From the NCBI GenBank assembly GCA_965116475.1, contig OZ220691.1, positions 3,456,001-3,520,000 on the forward strand: a stretch of DNA of 64,000 bases, given 5' to 3'. Source of the stretch: Gemmatimonadota bacterium (GTDB taxonomy: Bacteria; Gemmatimonadota; Gemmatimonadetes; Palauibacterales; Palauibacteraceae). Below the pieces are notes generated by a model. It ran no database searches. It was not told where the DNA came from and worked only from the letters and a program-made list of their open reading frames with translations. Shown piece after piece: positions 10,897 to 19,972 of the stretch. The position numbers and the translations under genes were made by a program. The stretch's first letter is position 1, and every line of letters starts with the position of its first letter.

Positions 10897-11635
10897 TCCC
10901 GGTGGGCCGTTCGTGGTAGCGGCGGAGTCGCCGAGGGTCCGCGCCCGCGAGGAAGGCTGCACGGAGCGCCCAGTGCCTGACGACGGTGCGAAGGAAACCG
11001 GCTTCCCAGCGCCGGCTCGAGGTGCGCGCCGCGAGGGCGAGAAGGCGAAAGCGAGCGACGCGGCGAACGGCGCGCACGAAGGTCACGTCCTCGAACAGGG
11101 GAAGATCCCTGAATCCGCCGGATGCCTCGTAGGCGTCGCGCGTCGCGAAGAGGGCCTGGTCTCCCGTGGCGGTGTGGAACCGGCGGGTACGCCAGTTCAC
11201 GCCCCATTCGAGCAGGCGGTAGCGCCAGCCGTGCGCGTTCGGATCGAGGGCGAAGCGGAAGCAGCCCGCCTCCGCACCCGCGCGAACGGCGGCGCGGATC
11301 GCTGTCGCGGCGCCGTCGGGAAGCCACGTGTCCGCGTGCAGGAAGACGAGGATCCCCCCGGTCGCGGACCGGGCCCCGGCGGCGAGCTGGGCGCCGCGAT
11401 TCCGGCGGGCCGACAGGACGCGACCATGGTGTGCCGCGATCTCCGCCGTCCGATCCCGGCTGCCTCCGTCGACCACGACGACCTCCGCCGCCGGGCCGAG
11501 AGCGGACTTCGCGCACCGGAGCGTCTCATCGAGCCGCGCTTCTTCGTCGAGGGTCGGCACGATGACGGAGAACTCCGGGCCGGGGCGGGTCGGCCGCCGC
11601 GGCGACCCGGTGTGGGATTCCGGCTCCCCTGTCAC
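10829..11635 (-). CDS. GT2 glycosyltransferase, TIGR04283-like
   Basis: SVIVPTLDEE, VVDGGSRD, LVFLHADT, TGDQALF, PLFEDV, TSSRRW; GTGA overlap with mce stop. Confidence 0.85.
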   Translation of the reverse strand: MTGEPESHTGSPRRPTRPGPEFSVIVPTLDEEARLDETLRCAKSALGPAAEVVVVDGGSRDRTAEIAAHHGRVLSARRNRGAQLAAGARSATGGILVFLHADTWLPDGAATAIRAAVRAGAEAGCFRFALDPNAHGWRYRLLEWGVNWRTRRFHTATGDQALFATRDAYEASGGFRDLPLFEDVTFVRAVRRVARFRLLALAARTSSRRWEAGFLRTVVRHWALRAAFLAGADPRRLRRYHERPTGITERGVPPSRCAPRTSGSHPKR

Positions 11636-12066
11636 CCGCGCTCGGAGTCCTCCCGCAACTCCAGGAGCACGCCGTCCAGCGATCGCGGGTGCAGAAAGGC
11701 GATGCGGGCGCCGCCTGCGCCGCGGCGGGTGCGGGGCGGGATGGCCTCTGCACCGGCCGCCTCGGCTTCCGCGAGGGCATCTTCGAGATCGTCGACGCGG
11801 ACGCAGACGTGGTGAATGCCGGGGCCGCGCCGGTCCAGGAAGCGGGCGATGGGCGACTCCGGTGTCAGAGGGGCGAGCAGTTCGATCCGCCCGGGGCCCT
11901 CGCCGAAGAAGGTGGCTCGAATGCCCTCCGAGGGAACGGTTTCCTCGCCGGACGGCGGCCGGCCGAGGATGGCGGACCACCGCCGCACGGCTTCCGGCAG
12001 CGAGTTGACCGCGATTCCCACGTGGTCGATTATGGGCGCGCCCGAAATACGGTTGCGTTGGTTCAC
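11632..12066 (-). CDS. mce: Methylmalonyl-CoA epimerase (VOC fold)
   Basis: IDHVGIAV, IELLAP, SPIARFLDRRGPGIHH, FLHPRSLDGVLLEL. Confidence 0.9.
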   Translation of the reverse strand: MNQRNRISGAPIIDHVGIAVNSLPEAVRRWSAILGRPPSGEETVPSEGIRATFFGEGPGRIELLAPLTPESPIARFLDRRGPGIHHVCVRVDDLEDALAEAEAAGAEAIPPRTRRGAGGARIAFLHPRSLDGVLLELREDSERG

Positions 12067-12208
12067 TGCGACCGGAGACCCTCTCTTGTGTTAGACCTCG
12101 CCTGCGCCCGCGCGCGGGAACGTATATCCGGGCCCGGCGCCGGAGCCAGTGAAGAGAAGCGTTCTTCCCGGTCGGGTGAGCCGGGTGGCACACAAACAGG
12201 AGATTCGA

Positions 12209-12547
12209 ATGGCTGATGCTGCGAACGGAGGACCCCTCGAGATCACGGATGCGAATTTCGCGGATGAGATCGAGGGCGCGGACGGTCTGGCGATGGTGGA
12301 TTTCTGGGCGGAGTGGTGCGGCCCGTGCCGGCTCGTCGGGCCGATCGTCGACGAGCTCGCACAGGAGTATTCGGGGCGTGTCACGATCGGCAAACTCGAT
12401 GTGGACGCGAACCCGCAAACCGCATTCCGCTTCAACGTGCGCTCAATCCCGAGCATCCTCTTCTTCAGGGACGGCGAGGTCGTGGACACCCTCGTGGGGG
12501 CGCACCCCAGGGACTCTCTCGAGAGAAAGATCCGCGAGCACGCCTAG
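12209..12547 (+). CDS. trxA: Thioredoxin
   Basis: VDFWAEWCGPC; AGGAG RBS. Confidence 0.97.
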   Translation: MADAANGGPLEITDANFADEIEGADGLAMVDFWAEWCGPCRLVGPIVDELAQEYSGRVTIGKLDVDANPQTAFRFNVRSIPSILFFRDGEVVDTLVGAHPRDSLERKIREHA

Positions 12548-12562
12548 TGTTCCACTAGTGTC

Positions 12563-13408
12563 GTGACAGGAACGCTGTACGTGGTCGGCACGCCGATCGG
12601 CAATCTGGACGACATGCCGCGGCGGGCGGTTCGGACCCTGCGTTCGGTCGACGTGTGCTACGCCGAAGACACGCGGCGCACGGGCACGCTGCTCGCGCGA
12701 CTGAAGGCGAACGTTCCGTTGCGGTCGCTGCACATGCACAACGAGCGCGCGCGAGTGGACGAGTTGCTCGCCGCCCTCGCGGCGGGGGGCTCCGCGGCCC
12801 TCGTGTCCGACGCGGGCACGCCGACCGTGTCCGACCCGGGCTGCCGGGCGGTGGCGGCCGCGCGCGAGGCGGGGCACGAGGTGCTGGCCATCCCGGGTCC
12901 CTCCGCCGTGCTGGCGGCGCTCTCGGTGTCCGGCTTCCCCGCCGACCGGTTTCTCTTTCTCGGATTCGCTCCGCGGCGGGGCGGCGAACGTTCCGCCTGG
13001 ATCGACGACCTCCGCACATGCGCGGACACCGCGGTCGCGTTCGAGGCGCCGGGGCGGCTGGTCGCGCTCCTCGATGAACTGAAGGAAGCGGGTCTGGGTG
13101 AGCGGGCGGCCGTGGTTTGCCGGGAACTGACGAAACTGCACGAGGAAACCACGGCCGGATCCGTCGGCGAGCTGGCGTCCGCGTTCGCGTCGCGCGAGGT
13201 CAGGGGCGAGGTGACGATCGTTTTCGGGGGCGGGACGGCAGGCAACGAAGCGCCCGATCTGGCGGTCCTGATGGAGGAGGCGCGACATTGGTCGCGCGAT
13301 GGCCTGCGGCGGCGCGAGATCGCCGACCGCCTGGCTGCGGAGTTCGGTCTGAGCCGGAACGAGGCCTACCGCGTGAGCTTGCAGGTTCAAGAGGCGCCCT
13401 CGGAATGA
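12563..13408 (+). CDS. rsmI: 16S rRNA C1402 2'-O-methyltransferase
   Basis: LYVVGTPIGNLDD, AEDTR, VSDAGTP, RELTKLHEE. Confidence 0.95.
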   Translation: MTGTLYVVGTPIGNLDDMPRRAVRTLRSVDVCYAEDTRRTGTLLARLKANVPLRSLHMHNERARVDELLAALAAGGSAALVSDAGTPTVSDPGCRAVAAAREAGHEVLAIPGPSAVLAALSVSGFPADRFLFLGFAPRRGGERSAWIDDLRTCADTAVAFEAPGRLVALLDELKEAGLGERAAVVCRELTKLHEETTAGSVGELASAFASREVRGEVTIVFGGGTAGNEAPDLAVLMEEARHWSRDGLRRREIADRLAAEFGLSRNEAYRVSLQVQEAPSE

Positions 13409-16400
13409 GTGACGGATTCGGCTTCGAACGGCTGGCCGCCGCCTGTGCGGCGGTCCGGGCGCGCGTCGCGGGGACGGCGGCGGCTTCAGCCGTTGCGCTG
13501 GGTGGAGCGCTGATCCTCGTGCTTTCCCTGTTTCCGGTTTCCGCCCGGGAGGGCCGTGGCTCGCTCGTACCGCTCGCGCTCGCGCTCGTTCTGTGGGCCG
13601 GCCTCGCCGGGCTGGCGTGGGTCGCCCGCCGCGTGTGGCAGGCGCTGCATCCGCATGCCGTGGCGGAGGAGGCGGACGTTGCGGCGGGACTCGGGGCCGG
13701 CGATGTCCGCGCCGCGATCGAACTGGAACGGGCGGAGACTGCGGCGGGCGCCGGATTGGCGGCGCTCCACCGCGCGCGCGTGTCCGCCGCGCTGGGGAAC
13801 GTCCCGCCGCATGGGCTCCTCCCGGTCACCGGCCCGGGTTGGAAGCGGCGGATTCGCCGGTCGGGTGTCGCCGTGGCGCTCATCCTGCTCGCGATCTCGG
13901 CGGCCGCGCTGCTGCGGCCGCAGCCCACGTTCTCCGCCGCCACGGCGCTGGGGGCGCCGTGGCGCACCGCCTTTCCGGCGCCGCTCCCGCCCCTCGGCCT
14001 GACGGGCGCCCCCGGCGTCCCGCGGGGAGAAGCGGCGGCCGTGTCCATCTCGGCCACGGGGCGCGACCGGGTCGACCTGGTGTGGCGTGCCGCGGGCCGG
14101 GCCCCCGAACGGACCCTCATCGAGGTATCGGCCGCCGGTTCGGCGCAGGGCCGCACCGGGTCGATCATCTCGCCCACGGCGGTGTGGGTCGAAGACCGGG
14201 ATGGTTTTTCGAGCGACACCCTCCGTATCCGTCCCCTCGAGCCGCTTCTGGTTCAGGATCTCCAGCTCACCGTCGAGTTCCCGGCCTACCTGGGGCGCGG
14301 ATCCGAGCGCTACCGCGGCCGGATTCCGCCGCTCGTGGCGCCCGAAGGTTCGAGGCTGCGGCTAAGCGGAGAGGCGAACCTCCCGCTCGATGACGGGGCC
14401 CTTGCATGGCGGCCCGGCGACGGGGAGACGGGCGAGGCGGCGTCCCGAATCCCGCTCGAGATCGCGGGCTCGCAGTTCGCCGTTTCGTGGGTTCCCGAGC
14501 GGACGGGCGCCTGGGCGTGGGAATTGCGGGCCGAATCGTCGCTCGGCGCCCCCATCCTCCCCGACCCCATCCGCGTACTCGTGGTGCCCGACCTTCAGCC
14601 GCGCATCCACCTCCTCTACCCGGCTCCGGATACGACCCTGGGCTACGAGCGCGTCATGCCGGTCATCGTGGACGTGGAGGATGATATCGGCCTCCGCCGA
14701 GCCTTCGTCCGCAGCTGGCGCTCGGGTCTGGGTAGCGAGACCGCGGAGCGGCGGGAGGCGCTTTCCCCCGATCCGGCCGGGGCGGAGCGGGCGGTCTTCC
14801 GGCACCTGCTGGACCGCAGCGCGGAGTCCTTCCTCCCCGGGGACACGCTCTACTACCGCTTCGAGGCTTTCGACGGACATCCGGCGAGGGGGCCCGCGCT
14901 TTCCGACGTTTTTCTGCTTCGCGTCCCGACGTTTACGGATATCAGGGACCGGCGCGCGGAGCAGACCGAAGCCCTCTCCGAAGACGCGCAGGCCCTGGAA
15001 GAGAGGTTGGAGGCGCTGGCCGAGGCGGCGGCCGACGCGGCGCGGCAGACGGATGCCGAAGGGGACGACAGTGAGGACGTTCGGTTCGAGGCCACCGAAG
15101 AGGCGCGGAGCGTGCTCGACGAGGGGCAGCGCGCCGAGGAGGAACTCTCGGGGATCGAGGAGCAGATCGAAGCCCTGCAGAAGGAACTCGAAGCCTCGCC
15201 GCTCTCCGATCCGGCGCTGCAGGAGCAGTTGGAGCGGCTGGCCGAACGCTACAGCGAACTCGCCGACAGCGGACTCGAGGAGCAGATCGATGCGCTCGCG
15301 GAGGCACTGCGGGAGTTGGACCCGGAAGCGGTTCGGGAAGCGCTCGAACAGCTGTCCGAGGACTACGAGAGTCTGCGGGAGCAGGTGGACCAGACGCTCG
15401 GCATGCTCGAGCAGGCCGCGCTCGAACAGGCGATGAAGTCCGCGCAGGCCAACGCGGATGAACTGGCGCGGGAACAGAGGGAAGTCGCTGGAGAGGAGGA
15501 CGCCGAGGCGTTCCGCGAAGGCCAGGATTCGCTCGTCGAACAGGCCGAGGCGCTGGCGGAGCGCCTGGCGGAGTTGGAGGCGGAACTCGCGGCGGCGGAC
15601 CGGGAGGCCGCTGCGGATTCGGCCCGGGCCGCCAGCGAGCGCACGCAGGAGGCTCTGGGCAAGATGGCCGACGCGCAGGGCGCAGCCGAGGCGCCTCCAT
15701 CCGGGGAGGCGGGCGAGGTCGGCGAAACGGAGCGTCAGGCGGCGGAGGAAGCCGCGGAGGCGCTCGAGCAGGCGGCGGGCGCCCTGGGCTCGGCGCAGCG
15801 GGAGATGAGCGGAGAGCAGGGCGAAGCCGCCGTCGAGTCGCTGGCTCGCGCGCGCGGCGAGGCGCTCGCGCTGGCGGAGGAGGAGGGCCGCCTGTCGGAG
15901 GCGACCCGAGGCGAAGATGCGGCGGATCCGGCCTCTTGGCGCGCGCGGCAGGGGGCCGTGCGCCAGGGACTCGAGAACCTGGTGGAGAGACTCTCGGAAG
16001 CGGGGAACGAAGCGGCGATGCTCGACCAGCGTACGGGGGCGGCGGCGGGCGATGCGGCGGAACGCATGGATCAGCTGCTTGACCGGCTCGCGGGAGATGG
16101 GGCGCGGCGTCTCCCGTCCCGGGCGGAGGTCGAGGGCATCCAGGAGTCGCTGAATTCGCTGGCCCGACACCTGCTGGCGAGCGAGGAGGCGGCCCGCGCC
16201 GCCGGGGAGCAGTCCGCCGGCCAGGACGCGGCGGATCAGATGAACCAGCTCGCGCAGCAACAGCAGGCAGTGACACAGGAGACGAGTTCGCTCCTCATGC
16301 CCGGTCCTCGGCCGTCGGGGGAGGAGCGGCGGCGCGAGGAGGTCGTGCGGCGGCAGGAGGAGGTGGCCGAAGAGCTCGGAGAGGTGGAAGACCCGGAGGG

Positions 16401-16770
16401 CGATCTGCTGGGACGTCCCGAGGAGATGGCGGAGGAAGCGGCCGAACTCGCACGACAGCTCGAGTTGGAGGGGCCCACGCAGGAGACGCTCGAGCGACAG
16501 CGGCAACTCTTCCGGCGCATGCTCGATGCGGGACGTTCGCTGGAGGATGAGGATCTCGATCCCAACGAACGGGAATCCCGCGAGGCCACGGCTCCGCCGG
16601 GGATTCCGCCACCGATCGATCCGGCGTTGCTGCGGGGACGCCGCTACCCGGCGCCCTCGGAGGCATTGCTGCGGGAGCTGCCGCTCTTCTATCGATCGCT
16701 GATCTTCGAGTACTTCGACCGGTTGAACCGCGTGCCTCCGGCGGCCGCCGAGGCCCGGCGGGAGCCCTGA
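13405..16770 (+). CDS. Large membrane-anchored coiled-coil protein (DUF4175-like)
   Basis: N-terminal TM helices, beta-rich middle, long E/Q/A coiled coil, terminal LPLFYRSLIFEYFDRL; ATGA overlap with rsmI. Confidence 0.75.
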   Translation: MSDGFGFERLAAACAAVRARVAGTAAASAVALGGALILVLSLFPVSAREGRGSLVPLALALVLWAGLAGLAWVARRVWQALHPHAVAEEADVAAGLGAGDVRAAIELERAETAAGAGLAALHRARVSAALGNVPPHGLLPVTGPGWKRRIRRSGVAVALILLAISAAALLRPQPTFSAATALGAPWRTAFPAPLPPLGLTGAPGVPRGEAAAVSISATGRDRVDLVWRAAGRAPERTLIEVSAAGSAQGRTGSIISPTAVWVEDRDGFSSDTLRIRPLEPLLVQDLQLTVEFPAYLGRGSERYRGRIPPLVAPEGSRLRLSGEANLPLDDGALAWRPGDGETGEAASRIPLEIAGSQFAVSWVPERTGAWAWELRAESSLGAPILPDPIRVLVVPDLQPRIHLLYPAPDTTLGYERVMPVIVDVEDDIGLRRAFVRSWRSGLGSETAERREALSPDPAGAERAVFRHLLDRSAESFLPGDTLYYRFEAFDGHPARGPALSDVFLLRVPTFTDIRDRRAEQTEALSEDAQALEERLEALAEAAADAARQTDAEGDDSEDVRFEATEEARSVLDEGQRAEEELSGIEEQIEALQKELEASPLSDPALQEQLERLAERYSELADSGLEEQIDALAEALRELDPEAVREALEQLSEDYESLREQVDQTLGMLEQAALEQAMKSAQANADELAREQREVAGEEDAEAFREGQDSLVEQAEALAERLAELEAELAAADREAAADSARAASERTQEALGKMADAQGAAEAPPSGEAGEVGETERQAAEEAAEALEQAAGALGSAQREMSGEQGEAAVESLARARGEALALAEEEGRLSEATRGEDAADPASWRARQGAVRQGLENLVERLSEAGNEAAMLDQRTGAAAGDAAERMDQLLDRLAGDGARRLPSRAEVEGIQESLNSLARHLLASEEAARAAGEQSAGQDAADQMNQLAQQQQAVTQETSSLLMPGPRPSGEERRREEVVRRQEEVAEELGEVEDPEGDLLGRPEEMAEEAAELARQLELEGPTQETLERQRQLFRRMLDAGRSLEDEDLDPNERESREATAPPGIPPPIDPALLRGRRYPAPSEALLRELPLFYRSLIFEYFDRLNRVPPAAAEARREP

Positions 16771-16771
16771 C

Positions 16772-18622
16772 GTGGAGCGTCTTCGCTGCCGGCGCCCGGT
16801 GGGCGGCACCCGCGGAGCCATGCAGCTCGCCGCGCTCCTTGCGGCGGTGTTCGGTACCCCGTTGCCGGCGGGCGCCGAGGTGGCCGGTCAGGCATCCGCG
16901 GCCTCGGAGCAGCGCACGGTGGCACGCGCGGAGCGCCTCCGCGCAAGCGGACGGGCCACGGAAGCCGCCTCCGCCCTGCGCGAACACCTGGTGCGGGCGC
17001 CCGCGTCGCCCGGCGCGCTCGCGCTGCTCGGCGAACTGGCGCTGGAATCGGGGGAAGCGGCCGCCTTCGTGCCCTACGCCGAAGCCGCCGTCGTCGCGGA
17101 TCCGGACGAGGACGTCGCCCGGTTGTGGTGGGTTCGGGGGCTGACCGGTGCGGGGATGCGCGATTCGGCCCTCGCCGCGAGCGAGCGCTGGCTGGACGAA
17201 ACCCCCGAACTTTCCGCGGCGCGGCTGGCCCGCGCCGACGTCCAGCTCGCGGTGGGGGACTCCGCTGGCGCGATCCGCACCCTCGACGAGGCGGCGGACC
17301 CCGGCAGGGAACTCCTCGTGCGCTTCGCCGACCTCCTCCTCGCGGTCGGCGACGACGACCGCCTGGCCGCGGCCTGGGTCGGGCTTCTCGCCCTCTCGCC
17401 GCCGGCGACGGACGAGGTGGAAACGGGCCTCCGGCAGGCCCAGGCAGCCGGGGCAGCCGGGGCAGCCGCGGGAGATGGGTCGGGCGCCCGGGCGGCCTCC
17501 TTCGAGCGGCTGCGCGCGCGTCTGGCCGGTCGCCGGGACGGCGCATCCCGGGCGGGGGCGATCGTCGCCCTGCGGTTGGGGCGAGCGGAGGCCGCGCGGG
17601 CATTGGTCGACGAGGCGCCGGCGCCGGACGATCCCGACGCGGCCGCATTTCTGCGGGAGTACGTGCGCGAAGCGGAGGCGGCGGAACTTCCCGGGGAGGT
17701 GGCCTGGTCCGCGCGGCGGCTGTCCGGACTGAGCGCGCGACCGGTGGACCGCCTGCGCTGGCTCGCGCTCGCCGGCGACCAGGCGCTGGGGGCGGGGGAT
17801 ACGGCGTCGGCGCGCGACGTGCTCGAGGAACTGATAAGGGAGAGTCCCCCGGGCGACGGTTCTCACCAGTTGGCGTCGCGCCGCCTGTTCGAGCTCCTCG
17901 CGGCCAACCCCGCGTTGCTCGATGAGGCGGCCTCGGTGCTGGGCCGCTACGTGCGGCAGTATCCGGACTCCGCGGCGGTCGAGGCCGGGCTGTGGGGGGA
18001 CCTCGCGCTCGGCCACGCCCGGGCGGGCGATCTCGGCACGGCGGAGGCGCTGGTGGCCGACGCGCGGGGACGGATTCGCATCGCCGCGTCGGGGCGCCTG
18101 GACGCCGCGGCGGCCCGGCTGGCGCTGTACGCGGGCCGGCCCGATTCCGCACGGGAGCGGGCGAGCCGGAGCGTGCGCGAGGCGGAGATCGGGGCGGCGG
18201 AACGGACGCGCCGGCTCCGGCTGCTGACGCTCGTGCAGGCCGCGGACACGGCGGAGGTCCGCATCGCGGGCGCCGCCGCGCTCGCGCTCCTCGCCGCTCC
18301 GGAGGCGTTCGATCCCGGGCCGGCGCTGCGCGAGCTGGCCGGCCGCCCGGCGTCGAGCGGTCGTCCCGTCGTGCTCGGCTTCCTCGCGGACGCGGCCTCC
18401 GAGGCCGGACGGGCCCGCATCGCCGACGCCCTGCGGCGGCGTATCGTCCTCCAGCACCCGGGGAGCCCCGAGGCCCCGGCCGCTCTTCTGGATCTCGCCC
18501 GCGCGTCCGCCCCGGCCGAAGCCGCCTCCTGGCTGGAACAACTGATCGTGGGGTATCCCCGGAGCGCCCTGGCGCCGGTCGCACGCCGCATGCTCGCCGA
18601 ACTCGATGGAGGAAGCCGATGA
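16772..18622 (+). CDS. Secreted TPR-like alpha-solenoid protein
   Basis: Signal-like MQLAALLAAVFG (alternative start 16820), Ala/Leu helical repeats, terminal LIVGYPRSALAPVAR. Confidence 0.7.
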   Translation: MERLRCRRPVGGTRGAMQLAALLAAVFGTPLPAGAEVAGQASAASEQRTVARAERLRASGRATEAASALREHLVRAPASPGALALLGELALESGEAAAFVPYAEAAVVADPDEDVARLWWVRGLTGAGMRDSALAASERWLDETPELSAARLARADVQLAVGDSAGAIRTLDEAADPGRELLVRFADLLLAVGDDDRLAAAWVGLLALSPPATDEVETGLRQAQAAGAAGAAAGDGSGARAASFERLRARLAGRRDGASRAGAIVALRLGRAEAARALVDEAPAPDDPDAAAFLREYVREAEAAELPGEVAWSARRLSGLSARPVDRLRWLALAGDQALGAGDTASARDVLEELIRESPPGDGSHQLASRRLFELLAANPALLDEAASVLGRYVRQYPDSAAVEAGLWGDLALGHARAGDLGTAEALVADARGRIRIAASGRLDAAAARLALYAGRPDSARERASRSVREAEIGAAERTRRLRLLTLVQAADTAEVRIAGAAALALLAAPEAFDPGPALRELAGRPASSGRPVVLGFLADAASEAGRARIADALRRRIVLQHPGSPEAPAALLDLARASAPAEAASWLEQLIVGYPRSALAPVARRMLAELDGGSR

Positions 18623-19938
18623 AGGCCGAGACGAAACGACGCGGCGTCGAGCGCCGCCTCGGGCGCCGCGTCGCCAGCCGCGTCGCCAGCCGTCTGCTGC
18701 TGGCGGGCCTCGCCTCGCTGGCGGGCGCATCGGGGCTGGGGGCTCAGCTTCTCGTTCCCATGGACCGCGAGCAGGAGAACCACCTCAAGGCCTACGGGTA
18801 TGCGTTCGGCATCCTTTCCGAGGGTCAGTCGGCCGAGTGGCTCCTGAACTATCGCGCCGGGTCCTTCCTCGTCTCCGACGTACCGTCCAACCGTCGGCGG
18901 GCCGCGCTGATGGGCGTAACCGTGGAAACGCTCGACGGTTCCGACGTGGCGAGGATCCGCCGCGAGATCGAGACGCGGAACATGGAGACCGTGCCCCTGG
19001 AGAAGGCCCCCACGATCGCGGTCTACACGCCGCCCAACAGTTCCCCGTGGGACGATGCCGTGACGATGGCGCTCGAGTACGCCGAGATCCCCTATGAGCG
19101 GATCTGGGACCGGGAGGTGCTTTCCGAAGAACTCGAGAACTTCGACTGGCTGCACCTTCACCACGAGGACTTCACGGGACAGTATTCGAAGTTCTACCTG
19201 ACGTACGCTTCCGCGGCCTGGCTGCAGGAGGAAGTTGCCCGCAACGAGGCGGTCGCCCGCGAACTCGGGTATCCGAACGTTCCGGCGCTGAAGAAGGCGG
19301 TCGCGGCCCGGCTCCGGAGTTACATCGAGGGCGGCGGCTTCCTGTTCGCGATGTGCACGGCGACGGAAACGCTTGAACTCGCCCTCGCCGCCGCGCACAC
19401 CGACATCGCGGCCTCCTTCGCGGATGGATCGCCCCTCGACGCCGCGGCGAGCGACAAGCTCCACTGGCCGGACGCGCTCGCCTTCCGCGATGCCGTGCTC
19501 GTGACGGACCCCACGCTCAGTGCTTTCAGCGATATCGACGGGCACCAGGTGAACACCCCGTGGAGGGTCGAACTCGGCAGCTTCTCGCTGTTCGAGTTCA
19601 GCGCCAAGTTCGATCCGGTTCCCGCCATGCTCACCCAGAACCACCGGCGGGTGCTGCCCGACTTCTACGGCCTCACGACAACCTTCCGGAAGGAACGCCT
19701 TCAGCCGGGGGTCACGATACTTGCGGAGGAGGATGCGCGCGGGCGCGTGAAGTACCTGCACGGGAGCTTCGGCGAAGGCACCTTCACCTACCTCGGGGGA
19801 CACGACCCGGAAGACCCCCGCCACCTGATCGGCGACGCTCCGACGGATCTGGACCTCCATCGGCACTCCGCCGGTTACCGGCTGATCCTCAACAACGTCC
19901 TCTTCCCGGCCGCGAAGAAGAAGAAGCTGATCACATGA
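18619..19938 (+). CDS. Conserved secreted protein of the family often labelled 'asparagine synthetase B' (GATase-I-like, not canonical AsnB)
   Basis: Signal peptide, LLVPMD..Q..HLKAYG, WLLNYRAGSF, PWDDAVT, WLHLHHEDFTGQ, GGFLFAMC, GGHDPED, GYRLILNNVLFPAA. Confidence 0.75.
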   Translation: MKAETKRRGVERRLGRRVASRVASRLLLAGLASLAGASGLGAQLLVPMDREQENHLKAYGYAFGILSEGQSAEWLLNYRAGSFLVSDVPSNRRRAALMGVTVETLDGSDVARIRREIETRNMETVPLEKAPTIAVYTPPNSSPWDDAVTMALEYAEIPYERIWDREVLSEELENFDWLHLHHEDFTGQYSKFYLTYASAAWLQEEVARNEAVARELGYPNVPALKKAVAARLRSYIEGGGFLFAMCTATETLELALAAAHTDIAASFADGSPLDAAASDKLHWPDALAFRDAVLVTDPTLSAFSDIDGHQVNTPWRVELGSFSLFEFSAKFDPVPAMLTQNHRRVLPDFYGLTTTFRKERLQPGVTILAEEDARGRVKYLHGSFGEGTFTYLGGHDPEDPRHLIGDAPTDLDLHRHSAGYRLILNNVLFPAAKKKKLIT

Positions 19939-19972
19939 GGGCTCCGCCCCGGGCGGCCGGCGGGTAGATTCG

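Noticed and set aside
12186..12202. TGGCAC upstream of trxA as a sigma-54 site
   Set aside because: No GC at the -12 position, and it overlaps the RBS
17444..18690. Short coding repeats (GCAGCCGGG x3 near 17444; CGCGTCGCCAGC x2 near 18667)
   Set aside because: Small in-frame slippage duplications in linker or signal regions; not informative
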